64,000 nucleotides of DNA, taken from assembly GCA_965221125.1 (NCBI GenBank), contig CBDCRW010000001.1, positions 8,972 to 72,971 on the forward strand, written 5' to 3'. Numbering within the stretch: position 1 is the stretch's first letter; each line of letters opens with the position of its first letter. This document shows, one piece after another, positions 27,472 to 36,869 of this stretch. Below the pieces are notes generated by a model. The model was not told where the DNA came from, searched no databases, and saw only the letters and a program-made list of their open reading frames with translations. The position numbers and the translations under genes are program-made. The stretch comes from Alphaproteobacteria bacterium. Lineage in GTDB: Bacteria; Pseudomonadota; Alphaproteobacteria; UBA828.

Positions 27472-28482
27472 CTACGTCTTGATCCGCGGGTCGATCACGA
27501 AATAGGCGAGATCGACCAGCAGGAACACCAGCAGGGTGAAGACCGCAGCCAGCAGCACGAAGGCCTGCAGCGGTGCATAGTCCGAGCTGATCACCGATTC
27601 CACGGCGTACTGTCCGAGCCCGCCCCAGGCGAACACCGTCTCCACCAGCACCGCGCCGCCGAGCAGGAACCAGAAGACGATGCCGACCACCGTCACCACG
27701 GGAGGCAGCGCGTTCCGCACCGCGTAGCGCAGCTGGATCGAGCGCTTGAAGCCCATGGCCCGCGCATGCTGCACGAAGTCGGAGTTCATCATCTCCTCGA
27801 CCATGGTGCGCGTGTTCTTGATGATCAGCGTCATGTAGACGAGGGTCAGCGTCGCCACCGGCAATATCAGGTGTAGCACCGCGGACTTGAACGCCTCCCA
27901 GTGGCCGCCGAGCAGCGCATCGAGCGCAATGGCGCCGGTGATGCGTGGCGGCGTCGAGACGATGGGATCGAGCTGGCCGATGGGCCCCGGCAGGATGCCG
28001 GTCAACGAGAAGAACACGAAGATCAGAATCAGCCCGAGCCAGAAGTCGGGGATCGACCCCGCCAGCATGCCGTATCCGAACAGCACCCGATCCGCGATGC
28101 CTCGCTTCTTGACCGCCGTGTAGATGCCGATGGGGATGCCGAGTGCCACGGAGATGAAGCCCGTGAGAAGGACCAGCTCCAGCGTTGCGGGCAGGCGCTG
28201 CTTGATGTCCTCGATCACCGGCTGGGACGTGCGCCAGGAGTGGCCGAAATCGCCCTGCAGCACGTTCGTCACGTAGCGCGCGTACTGGTCGTAGAGAGGC
28301 TGGTCGAGCCCCATGGTGGAGCGCAGCTCCTCGATGCGCTCCTCGGTTGCGAACTGCCCGGCCATGAGGAAGGCGGGATCGCCCGGCAGCAGCCGGACCA
28401 GGAAGAAGACGATGACCGAGACGACGAACAGCTGCGGGACGAGAAAGATCAGGCGCCGGCCTGCGTACTTTACGAACCGCAT
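27472..28482 (-). CDS. peptide ABC transporter permease (DppB/OppB-like)
   Basis: MRFVKYAGRRLIFLVPQLFVVSVIVFFLVRLLPGDPA is the canonical DppB N-terminus. Confidence 0.85.
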   Translation of the reverse strand: MRFVKYAGRRLIFLVPQLFVVSVIVFFLVRLLPGDPAFLMAGQFATEERIEELRSTMGLDQPLYDQYARYVTNVLQGDFGHSWRTSQPVIEDIKQRLPATLELVLLTGFISVALGIPIGIYTAVKKRGIADRVLFGYGMLAGSIPDFWLGLILIFVFFSLTGILPGPIGQLDPIVSTPPRITGAIALDALLGGHWEAFKSAVLHLILPVATLTLVYMTLIIKNTRTMVEEMMNSDFVQHARAMGFKRSIQLRYAVRNALPPVVTVVGIVFWFLLGGAVLVETVFAWGGLGQYAVESVISSDYAPLQAFVLLAAVFTLLVFLLVDLAYFVIDPRIKT

Positions 28483-28514
28483 GTCGTCTCACACGAAGCG
28501 GGTGGCGGTTCCGC

Positions 28515-29570
28515 CTACTCCGCAGCCTCGATCAACGGCTCGATCCGTCTCGACGGGCCGAGGTGCTTGAACTGGCCGAAGTGCTGCGCCGCCAGATGGG
28601 TCAGCTCGCCGGTCAGCGTCGTGTATTCGCCCGCCGGCAGCGCATCCAGCGGGAAGCCCAGGAACGCACCCCAGGAGCGCTCCTGCAGCAGCTGGTCGCC
28701 GTACTCCGGCTCCTCGCCACAAGGCCAGCCGTAGGCGTACCAGAAGACGCCGTCCACCGGGTCGACGATCTCCGCGCTCACCGTGCCCCAGGCGGGCTCC
28801 GCGGGATCGAAGGCCGGCTTGTGCAGGGTGCCGTGGTTGCACACGGAGAAGCCGTGGCCGGCGAGCATCGTGTTCTCGCCGGGGAACTTCTCCTTGTGCT
28901 CGTGGTCGCACAGGAAGTCCCGCATGGCGCCGAGGTCGATCTGGCCGTCGACCGCAGAGATGCGGGCGTTGGCGCTCTCGTAGCGCGAGATGTTGGAGGT
29001 GGTCGGCACGTCGAGCCCGTATGCCGCGACGCCGTCCGCCGCCTGCATGGAGACCCAGCAGTTGACGTTGACCATGGCACCGCCCGCGCCGCGCGTGCGC
29101 CGGTCCGTCACCTCGATGTTGCGGCGCCCGATCTCGACCTGAGCGAGCTCGCCCGTCCGGTCGGCGATGAGCGCGAGGCCGCCCATGTCGCGGGGCGATT
29201 CTTCCAGGATCGCGAGCGCGTCGCCGACGCTTGTCCCCTCGCGCATCACGCGGCGCCACAGGTCGTGCGGCTTGAGCGCGCCGTCCGGCGGCGTGTTCTC
29301 CGGCCGCTCGAAGGCGAGCGCCCAGGTGAAGCCGAGCCCCTTCTCGTTGAGCCCGCGGGTCGGCGCGCCGCTCACCGAATCCCTGTAGTCGGCGGCCGAG
29401 CCGTTCGCCTCCAGAGGCGCGAGATCGGTGCCGACGAAGGCGTAGCCGCCCGCTTCCCGCTCGACGATCACCCGCGTGCGGATGTCGTAGGGATCGTCGC
29501 TCACACTGCCGAAATAGACCTTGCTGCCGCCCAGCACGCTGGCGCCGGTCGCACCGATGTTCGTGCACAT
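28515..29570 (-). CDS. N-terminal-nucleophile cysteine hydrolase (C45/C59/C69-like; family not resolved)
   Basis: The product starts Met-Cys-Thr (MCTNIGATGASVLGGSKVYFGSVSDDP). This resembles the CT.I....AS..GS....G...D N-terminus of Cys-Ntn dipeptidases/acylases. It is 351 aa and is embedded in the Dpp-type operon. Confidence 0.55.
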   Translation of the reverse strand: MCTNIGATGASVLGGSKVYFGSVSDDPYDIRTRVIVEREAGGYAFVGTDLAPLEANGSAADYRDSVSGAPTRGLNEKGLGFTWALAFERPENTPPDGALKPHDLWRRVMREGTSVGDALAILEESPRDMGGLALIADRTGELAQVEIGRRNIEVTDRRTRGAGGAMVNVNCWVSMQAADGVAAYGLDVPTTSNISRYESANARISAVDGQIDLGAMRDFLCDHEHKEKFPGENTMLAGHGFSVCNHGTLHKPAFDPAEPAWGTVSAEIVDPVDGVFWYAYGWPCGEEPEYGDQLLQERSWGAFLGFPLDALPAGEYTTLTGELTHLAAQHFGQFKHLGPSRRIEPLIEAAE

Positions 29571-29647
29571 GTCAAGCCTCCCCGGTTGCGGGCGGGCGAG
29601 GCGCCACTCTCGCGCCTCGCCCCGGTACCGCTAGTGGGATCGCACCC

Positions 29648-31255
29648 TCAACGGTTGATGTACATGAAGCGGATCTGGTTGTCCGGCGTCCACAGGAAGC
29701 CCTTCAGATCCTTCTTGGCCGCGATGGTCCAATCGAACCACGCGACCTGGATCCAGGGCACCTCCTCGGCCGCGATCTGCTGCAGCTCGCTCGTGATGGC
29801 CTCGCGCTCGGGCGAATCCATCATCCGCATGACCTGCTCGAGCAGATCGTTGTAGTGCGGGTTGTTGTAGTTAGTGGCGTTGATGAAGTTGTCCGGCCCG
29901 TTGCCGAGATAGACCCAGCTCGAGTAGCCCGGATCGCCGCTCCAAGGCCATTGCTCGTTCACGGCGAAGGCCTGCAGCGCCTTCTTGCCGTACTGCTGCT
30001 CGGTGAAGACCGCCACGGGCATGGCCTGCAGCGCGACGTTGACGCCGATCTGCTCCCAGCTGCTCTTGACCAGGATCGCCATCTCCTCGGCCTCCTTCTG
30101 GGAGGCGTTGTAGCTGAGCTTGACGTCGAAGCCGTCCGGGAAGCCCGCCTCGGCCAGCAGCGCCTTGGCCTTTTCGAGGTCGTACTCGTAGTTGTAGGTG
30201 ACCTCGAAGCCGGCGTAGATGTCCGGCACCGTGCTGCGCATGCGCCGGGCGTTGCCGTAATAGACCTTCTCGATGATGTCCTCGTACGGCGTGGCCCAGG
30301 CCATGGCCTGGCGCACCTTGACGTTGTCGAATGGCGGCTTGTCGACGCCGAGCCCGACGTAGAGCTGCTTGTTGGCCGCGGCGCGCACCACTTGCAGGTT
30401 CTCGTCGCCTTCGACCTGCTGCAGCTCACGCTCGTTCAGGCCCCAGGCGATGTCGATCTGTCCCGCCTTTAGCAGCGCGAGCCGCGCGCTCGATTCCGGC
30501 ACGGCCTTGAGGATCACGCGATCGAAGTGAGGCTTGTGGCCGGTCCAGTTCGGATTGGTCACGAGCACCGTCTCGACGCCCGGCACCACCTTCTCGACGT
30601 GATAGGGGCCGAAGCCGGCCGAGTGCGTCCGGGACCATTCCAGTGCCCACGGATCCTCCTCGGTGGCGTTCGCCTTCATCTCCGTCGAATCGAAGGGGCC
30701 GCCGTAGTAGTTCTGCGCGAGGATCTTGAAGAAGATCGGCGTCGTGCCGCGCAGGTTGACCCGCACCTTGTGCGTATCCAGGATCTCGATGCTTTCCGCA
30801 CCGTTGATGCCGATGACGTCGCCGATGAACTTGCCGACGCCCTTGACCGCGAAGCGCCGCGCCCAGGCCCACTTGTAGTCTTCGGCCGTGAACTCGTTGC
30901 CGGCGTAGCTCTTCATTCCCTTCTTGAGATTGATCGTGACGCTCGTGCCGTCCTCGCTCGTCTCCCAGGATTCGGCAACGAGGCCGACCACGCCGCGATC
31001 GTCGGTGGACCTCAGATCGACCGTGTCCGCCGACTTGTCGGGCTGTTCGATGATCTTGTAGAGGAACAGATCGCCGCCGTGGATGTTGGCCATCATCATC
31101 TCGCCTTCGGCGCTGAGCGCCTGATCGCCGTCGAGCGAGGCGGGCGTGTTGGCGATCGCCATGACGAGTGTTTCGGCCTTCGCCACGCCGGCCGCGAAGG
31201 TCACGGCGACGGCGGCGGCAAGGCCGAACTTTGCCAAGCGCGTGAAGCTGAGCAT
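29648..31255 (-). CDS. family 5 (DppA/OppA-type) ABC substrate-binding protein
   Basis: Track ORF 29648..32041 trimmed to ATG 31255 (MLSFTRLAKFGLAAAVAVTFAAGVAKAETLV, a Sec signal). The body is typical of the family (WTGHKPHFDRVILKAVPE..., NYNNPHYNDLL). Confidence 0.85.
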   Translation of the reverse strand: MLSFTRLAKFGLAAAVAVTFAAGVAKAETLVMAIANTPASLDGDQALSAEGEMMMANIHGGDLFLYKIIEQPDKSADTVDLRSTDDRGVVGLVAESWETSEDGTSVTINLKKGMKSYAGNEFTAEDYKWAWARRFAVKGVGKFIGDVIGINGAESIEILDTHKVRVNLRGTTPIFFKILAQNYYGGPFDSTEMKANATEEDPWALEWSRTHSAGFGPYHVEKVVPGVETVLVTNPNWTGHKPHFDRVILKAVPESSARLALLKAGQIDIAWGLNERELQQVEGDENLQVVRAAANKQLYVGLGVDKPPFDNVKVRQAMAWATPYEDIIEKVYYGNARRMRSTVPDIYAGFEVTYNYEYDLEKAKALLAEAGFPDGFDVKLSYNASQKEAEEMAILVKSSWEQIGVNVALQAMPVAVFTEQQYGKKALQAFAVNEQWPWSGDPGYSSWVYLGNGPDNFINATNYNNPHYNDLLEQVMRMMDSPEREAITSELQQIAAEEVPWIQVAWFDWTIAAKKDLKGFLWTPDNQIRFMYINR

Positions 31256-31498
31256 GAGATCCCCCCTGCGTTTCTCGTTGCGGGCGCTCTCGCCAGGGAG
31301 CGTTCGCGACCCTGGCCCTCCGCGTGCGCTAAAGCCTAAGCGCCGGTCAAACGACGAGGTCCCGCTGCGGACTTTGCCGCCTGGCCTGCTCCGGCCCCGG
31401 CGCGGGGAGGGACGGCACCCTGCGTGCCATCGTGAGGGAGCGCGAAGCGGCTGGCAACGGTAAAGTGGCCGGACCGGAACGACAGCGTGGAGGGCACC

Positions 31499-32170
31499 AT
31501 GCCCGAGCTCCTGCCGCCGCAACTGGTCGTCAACTGCCGCATGATGTTCCTGAGCTACCTGCCGGCGGAGCCCGCGGCCATCGACGCGGCGCTGCCTGCC
31601 GATCTCGGCCTCACGCCCGTGGAGAGCCGCGCCGCCGTCCTCGTCCACTACGTGGTTGACCGGGACGAGCAGACTTCCGGCTTCGGCGCGTACTCGCTCA
31701 GCTACATCTGTTTCGACGTCGTCGGCCACGACGCCGACGCGGAGACGCCGGGGCGCTGGTTCAGCCACTACTTCATCTCCTCGCCCCGCGTGCGCGACTA
31801 CGCCATCGAGCGCGGCATCCCGGCGAGCGACGGCGTGACGACACTGGAGTTCGAGGGCAACACCCTGGTCGCGACGGCCACGGTCGACGGGCGGCCGTTG
31901 ATCCGCTCCCGCGCGCGGACGACCGGCGAGGTCGGCGAGATCACCGGCGGTCAACTGATGGTGCTGTCGGCGCTCGACGGGCGGGTGATGCGCAACCGCC
32001 ATGCGGTCATCATGGAGCGCGCCAGGGAGTTCGAGATGCAATCAATCTCGTTCCTCGACCCGGATCACCCGATCCACCCCTTCCGCCCCAGGGAGCCACT
32101 GGAGCTGGTCTTCGGCTTCCACGCGCCGCGCGCGTCGTTCTGCTACCCCGGCGGCATCGAGGCCGGCTAG
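31499..32170 (+). CDS. hypothetical protein, tentatively acetoacetate-decarboxylase-like fold; contains no lysine
   Basis: ATG 31499 is preceded by GGAGG. The N-terminus (PPQLVVNCRMMFLSYLPAEPAAIDAALPADL) is reminiscent of ADC-family N-termini, but the match is weak. It is transcribed divergently from the peptide operon. Confidence 0.3.
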   Translation: MPELLPPQLVVNCRMMFLSYLPAEPAAIDAALPADLGLTPVESRAAVLVHYVVDRDEQTSGFGAYSLSYICFDVVGHDADAETPGRWFSHYFISSPRVRDYAIERGIPASDGVTTLEFEGNTLVATATVDGRPLIRSRARTTGEVGEITGGQLMVLSALDGRVMRNRHAVIMERAREFEMQSISFLDPDHPIHPFRPREPLELVFGFHAPRASFCYPGGIEAG

Positions 32171-32214
32171 CCGGATCGGATTCGTGTCAAGGGTCCGGCA
32201 CAGGAGGCCATGCC

Positions 32215-33031
32215 ATGCCGATGCTGGAACGCCCCGAGGGGGCCATCCACTACGACGTCTGCGACATCGTGCCGCCTTGGGTGGAGCCGCGCGAGACCAT
32301 CCTGTTTCTCCACGGCCTCGCCATCGATTCCGACATCTGGGTCACCTGGCTGCCTGCCCTGGTTGACCGCTACCGGATCGTCCGCATGGGACCTGCGCGG
32401 CTTCGGCCGCTCGTTCGTCCCGGCGGCGGGCGAGGCCTGGACGATGGAGGCGCTGGCCGGCGACGTTCGCGACGTGCTCGCCGCGCTGGACACCGAGCGG
32501 GTGCACTTCGTCGGCGAATCGACGGGCGGCACGGTCGGCCTGCAGCTTGCAGCGCACCATCCGGAGAGCCTGCTGACACTCACCATGGTCACGGCGGCGC
32601 ACCGGGGCGGCACCATCGGCAGATCGCGGGCGCTGAGAGACGACGTGGGCGCGCTGGGGATGGACGCGTGGTCGGCGAAGCTCATGCCGCTCCGCTTTCC
32701 CGCTGGCTGCCTGAGCCCCGCCATGGAGCGCTGGTTCCACGACACGCAGCGCGCCGCCGCGCCTCACGCCTGCGTCGATCTCGTGGACATGCTGGTGCAG
32801 GTCGACCTCACCGATGCGCTCGGCGACATCCACGTGCCGACCCTCCTCATCGCGCCCGACGACAGCCCCTTCGTCTCGCTGGAGGCGCAGGTCGAGCGGC
32901 TACGCGCCATGCCCGACTGCGAGATGCACGTCGTCGCCGGCGCCCGCCACGGCGTCGCGCATTCGCACGGGCCGGAATGCGCCGCCGCTCTCAGACGGTT
33001 CCTCGAGCGGCGGCGCCCGTTGCCCGATTAG
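32215..33031 (+). pseudogene. alpha/beta-fold hydrolase interrupted by a +1 G frameshift near 32388-32390
   Basis: Frame of 32215 reads MPMLERPEGAIHYDVCDIVPPWVEPRETILFLHGLAIDSDIWVTWLPALVDRYRIVRM. Frame of 32210 continues DLRGFGRSFVP...HFVGESTGGTVGL (nucleophile elbow GxSxG) ...HGVAHSH. Removing one G from ATGGGAC restores the classic VRMDLRGFGRS junction. Confidence 0.75.
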
Positions 33032-33741
33032 CCCGTCGGCCGGGCGCCGAAGATCGCCGTGCCGATGCGGACGTGGGTGGCGCTGAGCGCGATCGCGGCC
33101 CGGTAATCCGCCGACATGCCCATGCTGAGGCAGTCGAGCCCGTGGCGCGCTGCAAGCTCCCGCACCAGCGAAAAATGCGGGGCGGGCTCCTCGGCCGCCG
33201 GCGGAATGCACATGAGCCCGACCACGGGCAGCCCCAGATCGTCCCTGCAGTGCGCGACCAGCGCATCCAGGTCTTCGGGCAGCACGCCGGCTTTTTGGGG
33301 CTCGGCGCCGGTATTGACCTGGATGAAGCAATCCGGGCGGCGCCCCTGACGCTCCATCTCGCGCACGAGCGCGTCCGCCAGCTTGGGCCGGTCGATCGCG
33401 TGGATGGCGTCGGCGATCGCCACGGCATCGCGGACCTTGTTGGTTTGCAGCGCGCCGATGTAATGGAGAGCCGCGCCGGGCCAGTCGCTGCGGAGCGCGA
33501 GCCACTTCTCTGTCGCCTCCTGCACCCTGTTCTCGCCGAAGGCGGCGTGACCGGCGGCGAGCGCAGGCAGGATCCGGCTTGCGGGGTGTCCCTTGCAGAC
33601 CGCGATCAGCGTAATCTCGGCCGCGTCGCGACCCGCGTCACGCGCGGCTTCCTGGACCTCGGCCGCGACGGCGGCGAGATTGGCGGCGACATCGACGGCG
33701 GGTTGGCCGTCCGTGCAAGGGGCAGAGGCAGTGTTCGCCAT
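33028..33741 (-). CDS. yggS: YggS-family pyridoxal-phosphate homeostasis protein
   Basis: Trimmed to ATG 33741. It has FGENRVQE, HYIGALQTNK and LSMGMSADY motifs. Confidence 0.85.
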   Translation of the reverse strand: MANTASAPCTDGQPAVDVAANLAAVAAEVQEAARDAGRDAAEITLIAVCKGHPASRILPALAAGHAAFGENRVQEATEKWLALRSDWPGAALHYIGALQTNKVRDAVAIADAIHAIDRPKLADALVREMERQGRRPDCFIQVNTGAEPQKAGVLPEDLDALVAHCRDDLGLPVVGLMCIPPAAEEPAPHFSLVRELAARHGLDCLSMGMSADYRAAIALSATHVRIGTAIFGARPTG

Positions 33742-33763
33742 GGGAACCTGAGCAGAGCGAGCG

Positions 33764-34384
33764 ATGGGAACGCTAGCAGAGGCGGCGACGCGCCTCAAAC
33801 AGGCAGCCGGCAGCGCCTTGCCTGCGCTCGTGCTCATGACGGACGAAGCGCGCCTCGCCGATCCGCTGCCTGCGGCCCGCGCGCTGCCGCCGGGGAGCGC
33901 CGTCATCCTGCGCCACTACGGCGCGGCAGAGCGCGCGTCGCTCGCCCGCAGCCTCGCCGCCATCGCGCGCCGGCGGGGCCTCGTCCTTCTGGTGGGCGAA
34001 GACCCCGCGCTCGCGCGGCGCGTCGGCGCTCACGGGATCCATCTGCCGGAGCGCGCCATCGGGCGCGCCGGCACCGTCCGCTGGCAGCGGGACTGGCGGA
34101 TCACCGCCGCCGCCCATTCCCCCGCGGCGCTGCGCCTGGCCGCGGCCGCCGGCGCCGATGCGGCTCTGCTCTCTCCGGTCTTCGCCACGGCGAGCCACCC
34201 GCGCGCACGCGCCCTCGGCCCGCACCGCTTCGCGGCGCTCGTGCGGCACGCGCCGATTCCGGTCTACGCCCTCGGCGGCATCGACCGCGGCCGCGCGCAC
34301 CTTTTGCGGGGGAGCGGCGTCGTGGGGATCGCCGGAATCGGCGGGCTTATCCCAGAGGGCCCGCCCCGCCTTCCAGAGGGATGA
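33764..34384 (+). CDS. thiamine-phosphate synthase family protein (ThiE-like)
   Basis: GIHLPE, LSPVFAT.SHP and PVYALGGI motifs fit the TMP-synthase TIM barrel. The 3' end overlaps the moeA 3' end by 38 nt. Confidence 0.6.
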   Translation: MGTLAEAATRLKQAAGSALPALVLMTDEARLADPLPAARALPPGSAVILRHYGAAERASLARSLAAIARRRGLVLLVGEDPALARRVGAHGIHLPERAIGRAGTVRWQRDWRITAAAHSPAALRLAAAAGADAALLSPVFATASHPRARALGPHRFAALVRHAPIPVYALGGIDRGRAHLLRGSGVVGIAGIGGLIPEGPPRLPEG

Positions 34385-35567
34385 TCTCCACCTCCGCCCC
34401 GCGGGCCGCCGCCGGCGCGTGGGGCGGGCGGACGACGAGGCACTGCGCCTTCACGAGCAGCGACAGCATCGAGCTGTCCTGCTTGGCGAACGGCGTCGCG
34501 ATCAGCGTGCCGTTCTCGTCGCGGCCGAGCGTCGCGCGCAGATAATCCTGCCGCTCGTCGTTCTCGCCCACGTCGGCACCGAGGCTCGCCCGCTGCGCGA
34601 GCGGCCGGGCGTCTTCGTCCGCGCCGAGCATCCGCGCCATCGCGGGCCTGAGAAAGACCAGCGCGCAGACCAGCGACGAAACCGGGTTGCCGGGCAGGCC
34701 CAGCAGCCGGGTGCCGCCGACGCTGCCGAACATGAGCGGCTTGCCGGGCCGCATGGCGATCTTCCAGAAATCGAGGGCAAGCCCTTCGTCCTTGAGCGCG
34801 TCCCGAATCAGGTCGTGCTCGCCCACCGAGGCGCCGCCGGTGGTGACCAGCAGGTCCGCGCCGTCCGCGCCGGCGGCGTGGCGCACGAGAGACTCCGGGT
34901 CGTCGCGGGCGATGCCGAGGTCGATCGCCTCGCCGCCGCACCCTTCCACCACCGCCCGGAGCGCATGCGTGTTCGAGCTCACGATCTGGCTCTCGCCCAG
35001 CGGCTCGCCCGGCATCACGATCTCGTCGCCCGTGGCAAGCAGCGCGATACGTGGCCTGCGCCTCACCGTGAGCCACGGCTGGTTCATCGCCGCTGCGAGA
35101 CCGATGGCGCGCGCATCCAGGCGCCTTCCCGCCGGGACGCCCACCTCGCCTGCGCGAAAGTCGAGGCCGGCGGGGCGGATGTAGCGGCCGGCGCGTGCGC
35201 CCGCGCATACGGTGATCGCCTCGCCGTTGGCGCTCACGTTTTCCTGAATGACGATGGTATCGGCGCCCTCCGGCACCGGCGCGCCGGTGAAGATGCGCAC
35301 CGTCTCGCCGGGGCCGACCGTGCCCTCAAAGCGTGCGCCGGCCGGCACGCTGCCGATCTGGCGCAAGGTGACGGGCACCGCCGCCACGTCGGCAGCCCGC
35401 GCCGCGTAGCCGTCCATGGCCGAAACGTCGAAGGGCGGCTGCGTCAGGCGAGCCACGACATCCGCCGCCAGCACGCGGCCGTGCGCCGCAGCGAGCGGCA
35501 CGGTCTCCGCCGGCAGCGGCGAGAAGGCGGCGGTGATGCGGGTCACCGCGTCTGCGACCGGAATCAT
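34347..35567 (-). CDS. moeA: molybdopterin molybdotransferase
   Basis: It has PPFDVSAMDGYA, LLVTTGGASVGEHD and GLPGNPVSS motifs. Confidence 0.88.
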   Translation of the reverse strand: MIPVADAVTRITAAFSPLPAETVPLAAAHGRVLAADVVARLTQPPFDVSAMDGYAARAADVAAVPVTLRQIGSVPAGARFEGTVGPGETVRIFTGAPVPEGADTIVIQENVSANGEAITVCAGARAGRYIRPAGLDFRAGEVGVPAGRRLDARAIGLAAAMNQPWLTVRRRPRIALLATGDEIVMPGEPLGESQIVSSNTHALRAVVEGCGGEAIDLGIARDDPESLVRHAAGADGADLLVTTGGASVGEHDLIRDALKDEGLALDFWKIAMRPGKPLMFGSVGGTRLLGLPGNPVSSLVCALVFLRPAMARMLGADEDARPLAQRASLGADVGENDERQDYLRATLGRDENGTLIATPFAKQDSSMLSLLVKAQCLVVRPPHAPAAARGAEVEIIPLEGGAGPLG

Positions 35568-35570
35568 CGC

Positions 35571-36047
35571 TCAGGGCGCCTGGAATTCGCCCGACTTGCC
35601 GCCCGCCTTGTGGGTGAGCCGCACGTCGGTGATGCGCATGCCGCGATCGGCCGCCTTGCACATGTCGTAGACGGTGAGCGCCGCCACGCTCGCTGCGGTC
35701 AGCGCCTCCATCTCGACCCCGGTGCGCCCCGTGAGGCGGCAGCTCGCTTCGATGTCGACGGCGCCTTCTGCCTCGTCGCAGGCGAGCGTCACGTCGATCG
35801 CCGTCAGCGCCAGCGGATGGCAGAGCGGAATCAGGTCGGCGGTGCGCTTGGCCGCCATGACGCCGGCAAGCCGGGCGACGCCGAGCACATCGCCCTTCGC
35901 GACGCCCCCTTGCTGGATCAGGCGCGCGGTCTCGGGCTTCATCAGCACGCGCGCCCGCGCCGTCGCCCGGCGCTCGGTAGACTCTTTCTCCGTCACGTCC
36001 ACCATGCGCGCCTTGCCCTCGGCGTCGACGTGGGTGAGCCGCGCCAC
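35571..36047 (-). CDS. moaC: cyclic pyranopterin monophosphate synthase
   Basis: [18 protein letters not shown] and LIPLCHPL motifs are present. The product is 158 aa. Confidence 0.9.
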   Translation of the reverse strand: MARLTHVDAEGKARMVDVTEKESTERRATARARVLMKPETARLIQQGGVAKGDVLGVARLAGVMAAKRTADLIPLCHPLALTAIDVTLACDEAEGAVDIEASCRLTGRTGVEMEALTAASVAALTVYDMCKAADRGMRITDVRLTHKAGGKSGEFQAP

Positions 36048-36050
36048 CGC

Positions 36051-36869
36051 TCAGCCCTCCGCCGCCCGGGCGGCAGGCACGGGCGCGAGCAGCGCCGCCG
36101 TCGCCGCCGCGACATCCGGCTGACGCATCAGGGATTCGCCGACCAGGAAGCGGTGCACGCCGCGCGCCGTCATGCGGGCGATGTCTCCGGGGCCGTGCAG
36201 GCCGCTCTCGCAGACGATGGGCGGGCCGCCCGCCGCCAGCGGCGCCAGGCGCTCGGTGGTCGCGAGATCGACCTCGAGGGTCTTCAGGTTGCGGTTGTTG
36301 ATGCCGAGCAGCGACGCATCGAGGCGCAGCGCCCGCTTGAGCTCGGGCTCGTCGTGGACCTCCACCAGGGTGTCCATGCCGAGCGCCCCCGCGGCCGCCG
36401 CAAGCTCGGCGGCCTGGTCGTCCTCCAGCGCCGCCATGATGAGCAGGATGCAGTCGGCTCCCAGCGCGCGCGCCTCCGTCACCTGGTAGGGGTCGAGCAT
36501 GAAGTCCTTGCGCAGCACGGGGAGCCCTACCGCCTCCCGCGCTTCCACGAGGTAGCGGTCCTCGCCCTGGAAGTAGGGCTTGTCAGTCAGCACGGAGAGA
36601 CACGCCGCACCGCCGGCGGCGTAGGCGGCAGCCAGCGCCGCCGGCTCGAAGTCGGCGCGGATCAGGCCCTTGCTGGGCGAGGCCTTCTTGAGTTCGGCGA
36701 TGAGCGCGGGCCGGCCGCTGCCGGCGATTTTGTCGAGCGCCGCGGCGAAGCCGCGCGGCGCCTCGGCCGCCTGCGCCCGCTCCGCCAGCGCTGCCTGCGA
36801 GACGGCTCTCTTGCGCTCGGCGACGTGATGCCGCTTGTCGTCGCAGATCCTGGCGAGGACGTCGCTCAT
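36051..36869 (-). CDS. trpC: indole-3-glycerol phosphate synthase
   Basis: [17 protein letters not shown] and NNRNLKT motifs are present. Confidence 0.9.
   Translation of the reverse strand: MSDVLARICDDKRHHVAERKRAVSQAALAERAQAAEAPRGFAAALDKIAGSGRPALIAELKKASPSKGLIRADFEPAALAAAYAAGGAACLSVLTDKPYFQGEDRYLVEAREAVGLPVLRKDFMLDPYQVTEARALGADCILLIMAALEDDQAAELAAAAGALGMDTLVEVHDEPELKRALRLDASLLGINNRNLKTLEVDLATTERLAPLAAGGPPIVCESGLHGPGDIARMTARGVHRFLVGESLMRQPDVAAATAALLAPVPAARAAEG

Noticed and set aside
32210-32390. The first about 60 codons of track ORF 32210..33031 as the true N-terminus of the hydrolase.
   Set aside because: That stretch (MPCRCWNAPRGPSTTTSATSC...) has no hydrolase features. The overlapping frame from 32215 gives a textbook alpha/beta-hydrolase N-terminus, so the locus is called a frameshifted gene instead.
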